From: a virus
Taxonomy: Duplodnaviria; Caudoviricetes
Strand: one strand, 5' to 3'
DNA length: 64,000 nucleotides
Virus record (IMG/VR): IMGVR_UViG_3300013121_000025
Span: 64,001 to 128,000 of that record
The notes under the pieces were generated by a model. It worked only from the letters and a program-made list of their open reading frames with translations, made no database searches and was not told where the DNA came from. The position numbers and the translations under genes are program-made. Below are positions 25,315 through 33,400 of the stretch, one piece after another. The number at the start of each line of letters is the position of its first letter. The first letter of the stretch is position 1.

Positions 25315-27927
25315 TTACCTAATAACAGAATATGCCTTGTGCCACCATGAAGGTATTTGACTATGCATTCTTGTATATAAGTAATTCCAAGATTCATCAA
25401 GAATATATGTGGTACCATAATCTTCTTTTGATCGAACAATACGTCCACATGCTTGTAATACTTGTATAATCGCTTGTTCTTGGTACCATTCATTTGATTC
25501 TTCCATTCTTGCTTTTACCCACTGGTCGCCAAGATAAGGATAAGGTGTTTTTACAATAATACCAAATCTTGCTAAATCATCTTTTAAATCTAATCCTTCA
25601 GTAATACTTGGAGAGATTAAAATTGCTGGGTTCGGAGTTTCAATAAATGCTTGAATGACAGAGTTTCTATCATCACCCGAATCAGGGTTATGATGAAAGA
25701 TTTGTTGATCCACCTTAAGATTTTCAACTAACCATTCTGCTATACTGAAATTAGCTGTATGAATAATTCCTTTATCTTTTTGATGTAAATTGCAAATTGT
25801 CTTTACGCCTTTTAGCATGTGCTCACGAGATTTAGTATTTTGAGGCTTATCCCAATCAACATTCATCTTCATGTGTGGAATGAATCTCACCTTTCTGTTT
25901 TCAGGTGGGAATTCAGAAACAAGTGAAATATAAGCTGCTTCTTCTTTTGGAATGCCTAATTTCTTACAATAACCCTCAAAACTTGGAATTGTAGCAGACA
26001 TAAAAAGAAACTTATCCGCATATGGACCAAGATACTTACTAAAGATTTGATCAGCGTGTAGACGTTTGAATTTGATATTCATCTTATCATGTACTAATAC
26101 CCAATCCTTATCCAAATCATGTTTAGATACAGATTCAAGAGATGTTACAGATGTTAAATGTTCACATAATTCTGTGTATTCTTTAATTAGATCAATCTCA
26201 TCAGGGGCTAAATGTTTTTGTTCAAGCAATGGAGTTACAGTTTGTTCCATTGTATTGACGGTTTGATCTAATGCAGGTAGATATGTATCTCTCACCCATT
26301 GATATGCTTTATTTTTGTCAGAAAAGTAAGTCCATTTTAGATGAACTTGTTCCATTCTAGATTTGGTAATATGGATTGCATTATATTCACATAGAATATT
26401 TTCTAAAGAATGTGCTTCATCACATATCATTAATTGTCTTCGTTCGAAGTCACCAACAACGGAGAATTGCAAGAGTGCTAATTCGTAATTAAGAACCATA
26501 TTGGAAGAAGTTGCAGCTTTTGATTTTGCATTTTTATGGTTACAATCATTGCATTTTGGTTTAATTAATCCGCCAATTGCACAATTAGTTCTTTTTGATT
26601 TGCATTCATAATTTGACTTGCCATATAAACCAATCAAGTTGGTCAAAGGATTATTATTGAAATCATTTTCATATTGCTTTTGTAATATGCGTTGTGGTGT
26701 CAATATGAATGAATTACCGAATCCGTTTGCTAAGAAGCGGGAAAATGTTATACCTATATCACTTTTCCCACTATTGTGAGTAACAGTGAAATCGTCCAAC
26801 ATATATAAATGATCTTTATCTAACAAAAAACCGTAAAAATTGTCGTTGTTAACATACTCTACAGAAAATCCTGTCACATGTGGTCGCTTCTGTTGCTGTC
26901 GAATAGAAGCTTGTTTTCTTTTTATTTTAGTTGGTATTAAATGGGTGTGCCCTGAAATACATACATCATAATATATATTTCCTTTGACCATTCTATCATA
27001 AATGGTTACAGTAAAACCTACACTGTGTGCAATAAAGGAGACATCATCACGTAATTTAGATGACTTAGTGGTATATACAAAGCAGTTTGATGAATTGTGT
27101 CCATCTGTATCGATTAAACCAGCTAAAATATTCAAGCGAGAGTCGATCGATGATATTTTGTATACATGTGGAATAAATTTATTTTCAGATGTTAAACCAT
27201 ACAACTGTAGATTTTTAAGTTTGTTGATTAAATGATTAATTCTTGGTATGGAATTGATACGCTCTGATACAAAGCGGTATGTATGGGCCTTTGATTGTGT
27301 TTTATATTTTTTAATAGTACAATCAAAATGCTCTGCTATATTGTTTAGATAAGATTCGATTTCTGGATCCATAGAAGTAACATCAATGCTGTGTGTTATT
27401 GATCCATCACCCAATAACACACCTAATAAGTACGGATCTATTGGTAATTCCAATCCTTCGGTTGTAAATGAAATTGATTGTGGTTTGTATAATTTCACAT
27501 TTCGTTTAAAGTCATTGCTTTGATTTAGATAATCATGCACAGATATATTGATAATATTTTTTCCGTCAAAACCATATCTTCTAGCTGGCGTGGTAATCAC
27601 TGATAAAATATGATCTTCATTTACATAGAATGATTTTCCTTTGATTGGTTTGATTCTGTATATTTTGCCATATCCATTGAATAATTTAAGAACACGACGT
27701 GGTGACGAATCAGGTCCCATTAATATGTCATTTGGTTGCACATCTTCAACGTTGCGTAATGTTCCATCGAACATTACGACTTTGGTCCCTTTTGTATGGC
27801 AACCAACAGGTGCATTCAATATGAAATATTTCTTATCTCTATTTGCTTCAAGCCATTCCAGTGCTTGTATTTGCGGATCTCTTGGTTGTTTTGATTTATC
27901 TGGCCAATAACTAAGTATATTTGACAT
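25315..27927 (-). CDS. dinG: DinG/XPD-family SF2 helicase containing an intein
   Basis: Q motif PRDPQ; spliced Walker A NAPVG|SGKS; four-Cys Fe-S region GKSNYEC..NC..KCNDC; ICDEAH; MSAT; EGLDL; QACGRIVRSKEDYG. Confidence 0.9.
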   Translation of the reverse strand: MSNILSYWPDKSKQPRDPQIQALEWLEANRDKKYFILNAPVGCHTKGTKVVMFDGTLRNVEDVQPNDILMGPDSSPRRVLKLFNGYGKIYRIKPIKGKSFYVNEDHILSVITTPARRYGFDGKNIINISVHDYLNQSNDFKRNVKLYKPQSISFTTEGLELPIDPYLLGVLLGDGSITHSIDVTSMDPEIESYLNNIAEHFDCTIKKYKTQSKAHTYRFVSERINSIPRINHLINKLKNLQLYGLTSENKFIPHVYKISSIDSRLNILAGLIDTDGHNSSNCFVYTTKSSKLRDDVSFIAHSVGFTVTIYDRMVKGNIYYDVCISGHTHLIPTKIKRKQASIRQQQKRPHVTGFSVEYVNNDNFYGFLLDKDHLYMLDDFTVTHNSGKSDIGITFSRFLANGFGNSFILTPQRILQKQYENDFNNNPLTNLIGLYGKSNYECKSKRTNCAIGGLIKPKCNDCNHKNAKSKAATSSNMVLNYELALLQFSVVGDFERRQLMICDEAHSLENILCEYNAIHITKSRMEQVHLKWTYFSDKNKAYQWVRDTYLPALDQTVNTMEQTVTPLLEQKHLAPDEIDLIKEYTELCEHLTSVTSLESVSKHDLDKDWVLVHDKMNIKFKRLHADQIFSKYLGPYADKFLFMSATIPSFEGYCKKLGIPKEEAAYISLVSEFPPENRKVRFIPHMKMNVDWDKPQNTKSREHMLKGVKTICNLHQKDKGIIHTANFSIAEWLVENLKVDQQIFHHNPDSGDDRNSVIQAFIETPNPAILISPSITEGLDLKDDLARFGIIVKTPYPYLGDQWVKARMEESNEWYQEQAIIQVLQACGRIVRSKEDYGTTYILDESWNYLYTRMHSQIPSWWHKAYSVIR
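26773..27801 (-). mobile_element. Class 1 intein (343 aa) with LAGLIDADG endonuclease, in DinG Walker A
   Basis: Begins CHTKGT, block B VNEDH, LLGVLLGDG and LAGLIDTDG, ends VTHN followed by Ser. Confidence 0.95.
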
Positions 27928-27956
27928 GTATATTTCTCAAAAATGATTATTCGGTG

Positions 27957-27985
27957 ATTTTACGCGATTTATCGCGTAATGTCAA
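27957..27985 (-). promoter_or_regulatory. sigma70 promoter for helicase, embedded in a palindrome
   Basis: Minus strand TTGACA-ttacgcgataaatcgcg(17)-TAAAAT, ~30 nt upstream of ATG 27927. Confidence 0.8.
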
Positions 27986-28025
27986 CCGAATCGAGTTCCT
28001 GTTGGAACTCGCGTGATTTGTGTTC

Positions 28026-28413
28026 AAAAAATGAATAATTAATATATTCATTCACTTCGTTCATTCATATATTAATTATTAGCGCTTTTAAATCCATTGA
28101 AATCCTAGAATTTGATCCCCCGTTTAGAGTAGAGTACACACACTACTCAGGGGTATGAAACGGTAACACGCCCCAGTCACTCATTATGACCATAGAGATT
28201 AGAATTAAAATTCATTTTTGAATATATCAATGGATAATGGTCTCATAAAGATAGCACCACCCGTTCACAAGGAAGATCATCTAATCCTCTTCCAAGGCAT
28301 GACGACGATATTGTGAAATCCATCACTTAATACGCAAACAACGTACCACCGCCCAACGATTCGTATCAATTATTACAGATTAGATGTGTAATAATCGAAT
28401 TGTAAAATTCATG
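28026..28413 (-). ncRNA. Candidate structured non-coding RNA / origin-associated transcript (unknown family)
   Basis: No ORF of 60 aa or more; upstream TTGACT-17-TATTTT; several stems, an H-type pseudoknot and a 9-bp long-range pairing; terminal hairpin followed by U6. Confidence 0.55.
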
Positions 28414-28419
28414 AAAATA

Positions 28420-28448
28420 AAAATACTTCGGTTTAAAACGAAAGTCAA
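28420..28448 (-). promoter_or_regulatory. sigma70-type promoter into the non-coding locus
   Basis: Minus strand TTGACT-ttcgttttaaaccgaag(17)-TATTTT. Confidence 0.55.
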
Positions 28449-28452
28449 CGAA

Positions 28453-29052
28453 TTATTTTTTACCTTTTTTAGTAAGCATTTTATTTTTTATTGTGTCTAC
28501 TTTTGATGAAATGGTTAACCATTCTTGAATGCTATCATAAGAACGTTCATTTCTGGCTTGAATAACTTTCGCTAATTTAAAGAAAACAGAAGCATCCACT
28601 ATCATAAATTCTTCATGATAGCGTAAGAAATTATTCATTTCAGCGTTTGTAATATCCATAAAATGATAAGGCAACACACAATATGTACCTTTTCTTGATG
28701 TTCTGAAAAATAATAATGGAGTTCGTTTGGAATTAATAGCATCAAATAATGCTTCACCAATCCATCCATCAAGATCAGTATCATAATCGTTTATTAATTT
28801 TCCGAGATTTGGTTTGTCACCATAATTCTTACATTCAATACTAAATCTGAACCACGATGGACAGATAATATCCGAACCGAGGGCCTTTTTTGTAGAATCT
28901 TCTAAGTTTTGATTTTTTTCGTAATTTGACAAACCCATAATAGCACCAGAACTTGGTGTACGAGCGAATTCTTCTGTTTCGAATGCTTGATTGAGCAAAT
29001 CTCTCATCTCACGTTCGAGACGATTTCCCTTTGCTTTACTTTTACTAGTCAT
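28453..29052 (-). CDS. Holliday junction resolvase (Hjc/T5 D14-like PD-(D/E)XK)
   Basis: SKAKGNRLERE...FARTPSSGA...GSDII...FSIECKNY...PLLFFR. Confidence 0.85.
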   Translation of the reverse strand: MTSKSKAKGNRLEREMRDLLNQAFETEEFARTPSSGAIMGLSNYEKNQNLEDSTKKALGSDIICPSWFRFSIECKNYGDKPNLGKLINDYDTDLDGWIGEALFDAINSKRTPLLFFRTSRKGTYCVLPYHFMDITNAEMNNFLRYHEEFMIVDASVFFKLAKVIQARNERSYDSIQEWLTISSKVDTIKNKMLTKKGKK

Positions 29053-29303
29053 ATAATACCCATCGCACGTTTATATGCTTCATCAGGATCGACAGTTGTG
29101 CCTGATGAATTAACGATTTGTTTCATAACATCAAATAATTGATCTATTTCAACATCAGTAATAAACAAATCTATTTGCACTTGTGACGACAAATTTCGTA
29201 TATTAACTTCGTTATCAATATAATGCTTAATTTCGTCGATGGTAAGAGCACATTCATTCAATAAGAATTCCCTTAACTCATCATCAGTTACATTTGTGCT
29301 CAT
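29049..29303 (-). CDS. Hypothetical protein
   Basis: 84-aa ORF, AAGGA RBS, ATGA coupling to resolvase; ends PDEAYKRAMGII. Confidence 0.65.
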   Translation of the reverse strand: MSTNVTDDELREFLLNECALTIDEIKHYIDNEVNIRNLSSQVQIDLFITDVEIDQLFDVMKQIVNSSGTTVDPDEAYKRAMGII

Positions 29304-29327
29304 ATTATATCCTTATTTTGAAAATAT

Positions 29328-32132
29328 TTATGTTTCTTTAATTTGCGAGAAACCATTACTCATTTGTACAGTGAGAATATTCTCGAAGATATTCTCCACT
29401 TCGTCTCTATGTGAGATAATATATACAGATAAGTTTTCTTGTTTTGCTTTGCGTTTGATTAATTTCGCAGCAGCTTGAATGCCTAATGCATCTAAGCCCA
29501 CATCCAACACTTCATCAAACATACAAATATTGATAGGATCATGTAATTTCTGTAACAAATCTCTAAATGCTAATGATAATGATAAGTTAACACGAGCTCT
29601 TTGTCCATTAGATAAATTACCAAAGTCGATCTCACGACCATAACTAGATATACGAGCTGTGAGTTCTGAGGTAAATTCAACTTTATGTGGCAATCCTAAT
29701 TCGTTAAGGTATTCTTTAAGTTGTTTATTAAGATATGGTAAATTCTTTTCGAGCAATACCTTTCTCACGAAAGAATCTTTTTTGGTTAAAATCTTTTGTA
29801 AGAATTTTTGATGTTCGAGTAATTTTGTCAATTCATTAATCTCATCATAATTAATAGATGGCAATGCAATACTTTCTAATTCTTTTAAAGGTTCGATGAA
29901 AGGATTTACAGCTGTTTCAAGATCTGCGAGTTTCTGTTTAGCAGAATTAACCTCTTGTTGTTTAGCTGATAAGTCTTTCATATTATCGAAATGTGCAAGC
30001 TTATATAATGCTTCTAATTCTTTTACTATTTTAGTAGATTGTTTTTCCATTATATCTACAGCAATTGAATACTCTTTAATTTTAGGAGTATTTGTTTCAA
30101 TTGCTGCTAATAATTCATTTAATTTTGTCTTCGTATCAGCATAATGTTGATGACAATATGGACACTCATGATTATTAAGTTGTTTAATTTCATTCTTCCA
30201 TTTTGTTTCGTTTGTGAGCAAAGTATTTAAATCCTTTGCGATAACATTCTTTTCTGATTTTAATTTAGTGAGTTGGTTTGTCTTTTCACTAATGGAGTTA
30301 ATGATTTCTAATTCAGCTTCGAAGTCAAAATCTTTGAATTTCTCTAAAGTATTTTGAATTGAAACGCGTTGGTTATTATTCGTATCTTGCCAAGTCTTAA
30401 TTCTATTCTTAGCAGATATTAATTGTTGTTCATGACGTTGATGTTCACCTTTAACAGCTTCTATTTTAAATTCAGCTTGTTTAATAGCTACTTGTGTATC
30501 TTTAATTTTTTCCTTAAGAACATCAGCCTTAACAGACAATTCTGTTAACCCATTTAAATGTTCCATAATTGCAGTTTGTTCAGCAGACGTTAATTCTAAA
30601 AATGGAACACGTGTAGCAGAGAATACAACAATATGAACAAACATATCATACGGAATTCCTATAATTTGTTCGATATAAGCATTAGTATTAGCTATACTAT
30701 CTCTTGTAACATCTTTATCGTTAATCCAAAGTTTAACATAGTTACCATCTTTCGCTTTTCGAGCACGTTCTATTTTAATAACATCTTCGCCTTTCTCAAA
30801 TGTTGTAGTAACAACCATGTTCTTTTTATTGATATTATTAATTAGGTTATCTTTTGAGATGTTAGATAATGCTTTATCATATGCAGCAAAAGTAAGAGCA
30901 TTAAGCAACGTTGTGTTATGAGTTACAATAAAATCATTTGTAATATATAATTTATCAGGATGATCAACTGAAATACACTGTGCTTCTTTTTTTCCTACAT
31001 ATTCAACATTAGAAATGCGTAATCCACTATTTCCGTATTGAGATATCTCATTAAGTAAACTTTTCTTTCGAGAGCATTTAACTAGATTTGTTTGATTTTT
31101 ATATCTTATAGTAATATCGTATGCTAACTTACCTGGAATTTTAATTCTGTCTTTATTATAATAAAAAGGACGTCTAATACGTACAGACGCAATACCACCT
31201 AATGATCTAACAAGATATTGTACTTGTTCAGATAATTGTTTACTAGTCGTACAAAATGAAAGTCCGTGTGTTTTTGAGACGAAACCATCAGTATCAATAA
31301 GTCCTGCAAGTAATTCTTCTTTTTGTTTAACACTAGTATTCATCATGTATATTTCAGGAATAAATTTCTCATGGGAATATACGTCTTTTAATCCTAATTC
31401 TGTTATAATTCGTGTTAAGTGTTTAAAAGACCCTTTAATTCTCCAATTTAATCCATCTTCACCACTTAACGTGGCTTGTAATGTGGTTAATTTATTATTA
31501 ATTGCATTTATTACATCATGATCTTTGTTTGTAAATGTTATACCTTTATCAGTAAAGCCACCATCTCCTAATAAACATCCTAGTAGATAAGGATCTAAGG
31601 GTAAATCAACATCAGGAACATCAGGATGTGTTACCAACGGAACGAAAATATTATACCAAGCTTTCTTTTTTTCTTTTGCTTTCGATAAAAGAGGAATAAG
31701 ATCTTTTGTGGATAATAGTTTCGATTGTCTCGATTTTCCATCTTTAACCCACATATGACTTTCTACTTTCCATAAATGCTCGGAACAAGCCTCTACATAT
31801 CTTCCATCTTGAAATGTTACTTTATAAATGTCGACTGCTCCTTGAGGATACACACCTACAACGCTACATATTTCACCTGAAGGCGTAGTTACTTTATCAT
31901 TAACTTTTATTTCTCCCATGGTTGTCCAACCTGAAGGAGTTTTAATTTTACTATCGAGAGTTAATGCTTTTCCCAATCCATTGCTCGTTACTCCAAATAC
32001 AGTACTATCTAAGTTTTCACCTAGAATTAAAGTAGTACCAATATGATCAAATGTAAAGGTGGTAGTATTATTACCATATGACATGAAATTACGTAATGTA
32101 ACTTCTTTGAATTTTATTATTTTTCCACTCAT
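29328..32132 (-). CDS. gp46: Recombination endonuclease ATPase subunit (gp46/SbcC/Rad50) containing an intein
   Basis: LRNFMSYG, Walker A NGLGK|TT, CPYC zinc hook, LSNGQRAR signature, MFDEVLD, IISH. Confidence 0.95.
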   Translation of the reverse strand: MSGKIIKFKEVTLRNFMSYGNNTTTFTFDHIGTTLILGENLDSTVFGVTSNGLGKALTLDSKIKTPSGWTTMGEIKVNDKVTTPSGEICSVVGVYPQGAVDIYKVTFQDGRYVEACSEHLWKVESHMWVKDGKSRQSKLLSTKDLIPLLSKAKEKKKAWYNIFVPLVTHPDVPDVDLPLDPYLLGCLLGDGGFTDKGITFTNKDHDVINAINNKLTTLQATLSGEDGLNWRIKGSFKHLTRIITELGLKDVYSHEKFIPEIYMMNTSVKQKEELLAGLIDTDGFVSKTHGLSFCTTSKQLSEQVQYLVRSLGGIASVRIRRPFYYNKDRIKIPGKLAYDITIRYKNQTNLVKCSRKKSLLNEISQYGNSGLRISNVEYVGKKEAQCISVDHPDKLYITNDFIVTHNTTLLNALTFAAYDKALSNISKDNLINNINKKNMVVTTTFEKGEDVIKIERARKAKDGNYVKLWINDKDVTRDSIANTNAYIEQIIGIPYDMFVHIVVFSATRVPFLELTSAEQTAIMEHLNGLTELSVKADVLKEKIKDTQVAIKQAEFKIEAVKGEHQRHEQQLISAKNRIKTWQDTNNNQRVSIQNTLEKFKDFDFEAELEIINSISEKTNQLTKLKSEKNVIAKDLNTLLTNETKWKNEIKQLNNHECPYCHQHYADTKTKLNELLAAIETNTPKIKEYSIAVDIMEKQSTKIVKELEALYKLAHFDNMKDLSAKQQEVNSAKQKLADLETAVNPFIEPLKELESIALPSINYDEINELTKLLEHQKFLQKILTKKDSFVRKVLLEKNLPYLNKQLKEYLNELGLPHKVEFTSELTARISSYGREIDFGNLSNGQRARVNLSLSLAFRDLLQKLHDPINICMFDEVLDVGLDALGIQAAAKLIKRKAKQENLSVYIISHRDEVENIFENILTVQMSNGFSQIKET
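30915..31967 (-). mobile_element. Class 3 (Ala-start, WCT) intein (351 aa) with LAGLIDADG endonuclease, in gp46 Walker A
   Basis: Begins ALTLDS; ACSEHLW (Trp), AQCISV (Cys), VTHN (Thr); Thr at +1; LLGCLLGDG and LAGLIDTDG. Confidence 0.93.
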
Positions 32133-33205
32133 AATTCTGAATATATCCTAATCAATAATTGGTTATCTAATTGTTCGTTGTCAATATTATTAAGAAGTTT
32201 AACCACTAAATCGTCGATTGTTGTAATATCATCTATTTCTACAGATATATCTTCAGACTCAGTATTAGTTAACGAATCCTCTTTTGCACCTGATTCTTCT
32301 AAAATTAAATCACGTGGTTTAAATACAGCACTAAAATTATGTTTTAATGTTTGAATTTCTTCGTATGATGTTTCAGTATCGATTATACACTTAACATAAG
32401 AGTTAGTAGGTATATCTACTTTTACAGCACGCATATCTGAAAATGATAATTTGAAATATTTTGGGCAATCTTCCCAATTATGAAATACCATATTATCAGT
32501 ATCATGATCGTATATCATACAACCACGATCGGTGTCATTTACGTCACCGAAGTTTGTCGGAAACGTATTTCCGATATATGTGATATTATTAATAGTTTGA
32601 CGTTTATGAAAGTGTCCTGAAAAAATATGTTTCGGACCTTTGAAATCTTCTACATCAGGACCAGACATCATTCTATTAGTTGATCCTGTTACTACGAAAC
32701 CTTTAAACTCAAAATGACCCCACCATGTTTTATATTTGAGGTATTGTTTAAGATTCTTATATTCCTCGTGGAATAAAAACGGTGAAAGGAAAGCTCCACC
32801 ATTCCCTATTTCAGGAAATACAGTAGGTTCATCGATTAGGATGAAATTTTCAAATTCTTTGAAGTGAATTAATGAATGAATATCTCTAGTATTTCTATGA
32901 TATAAATCATGATTTCCGATAATAAAGTATATTGGCAATCCTAATTCATTCAATAAAGAAGCACTTTTATAAGACCAATTCATTGTAGCAATATTAAGAG
33001 ATGAACGACACTCAAACCAATCACCCATGAAAATGATAGCTTGAATGTCATTGTTAAATTTAATTATGGATATTAACCAATTAATATAATTATAACAATC
33101 AATGTTGTGTTGTTCTTGGTTGCTTTTTGCTCCAAAATGTATATCTGTGAAACAAATTACTTTGTTAATATTTGTTTTTTTAATTGTTTCCATTCTGATT
33201 CCCAT
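32129..33205 (-). CDS. gp47: Recombination endonuclease nuclease subunit (gp47/SbcD/Mre11)
   Basis: FTDIHFG, MGDWF, IGNHD, GHFE, SGHFH metallophosphoesterase motifs; true start may be ATG 33193. Confidence 0.95.
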   Translation of the reverse strand: MGIRMETIKKTNINKVICFTDIHFGAKSNQEQHNIDCYNYINWLISIIKFNNDIQAIIFMGDWFECRSSLNIATMNWSYKSASLLNELGLPIYFIIGNHDLYHRNTRDIHSLIHFKEFENFILIDEPTVFPEIGNGGAFLSPFLFHEEYKNLKQYLKYKTWWGHFEFKGFVVTGSTNRMMSGPDVEDFKGPKHIFSGHFHKRQTINNITYIGNTFPTNFGDVNDTDRGCMIYDHDTDNMVFHNWEDCPKYFKLSFSDMRAVKVDIPTNSYVKCIIDTETSYEEIQTLKHNFSAVFKPRDLILEESGAKEDSLTNTESEDISVEIDDITTIDDLVVKLLNNIDNEQLDNQLLIRIYSEL

Positions 33206-33400
33206 ATAGTTATTAAGTTATATCCTAAATTTTGTATTTGTTGTTCTTTGGATAAAGTTTGTTTATATAAAAAATCTGCTGTTTATAGTTATAGGAGTTG
33301 TCATATTAATAAAATTAATATTTTGATAGTTATACTTGTCACCATGACGAATCTTACATCGTGTAAGAAAAACATCTAATGATATTTTAGTTTTAATCAT
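33157..33400 (-). pseudogene. Internally deleted, frameshifted homing endonuclease remnant
   Basis: Frame 1 (33400-33263): MIKTKISLDVFLTRCKIRHGDKYNYQNINFINMTTPITI (HGDKYxY repeat). Frame 2 (to 33157): TADFLYKQTLSKEQQIQNLGYNLITIWESEWKQLKK (Vsr-like C-terminus). Confidence 0.75.

Noticed and set aside
28160-28180. GGGGCG on the minus strand resembling a tmRNA or tRNA-Ala 5' end
   Set aside because: No T-arm (GTTCGA/GTTCAA stem-loop), no matching acceptor stem or CCA end, and no tag ORF seen
33107-33379. 90-aa plus-strand ORF in the gp47/gp55 gap
   Set aside because: Better explained as the antisense of the endonuclease remnant and gp47 start
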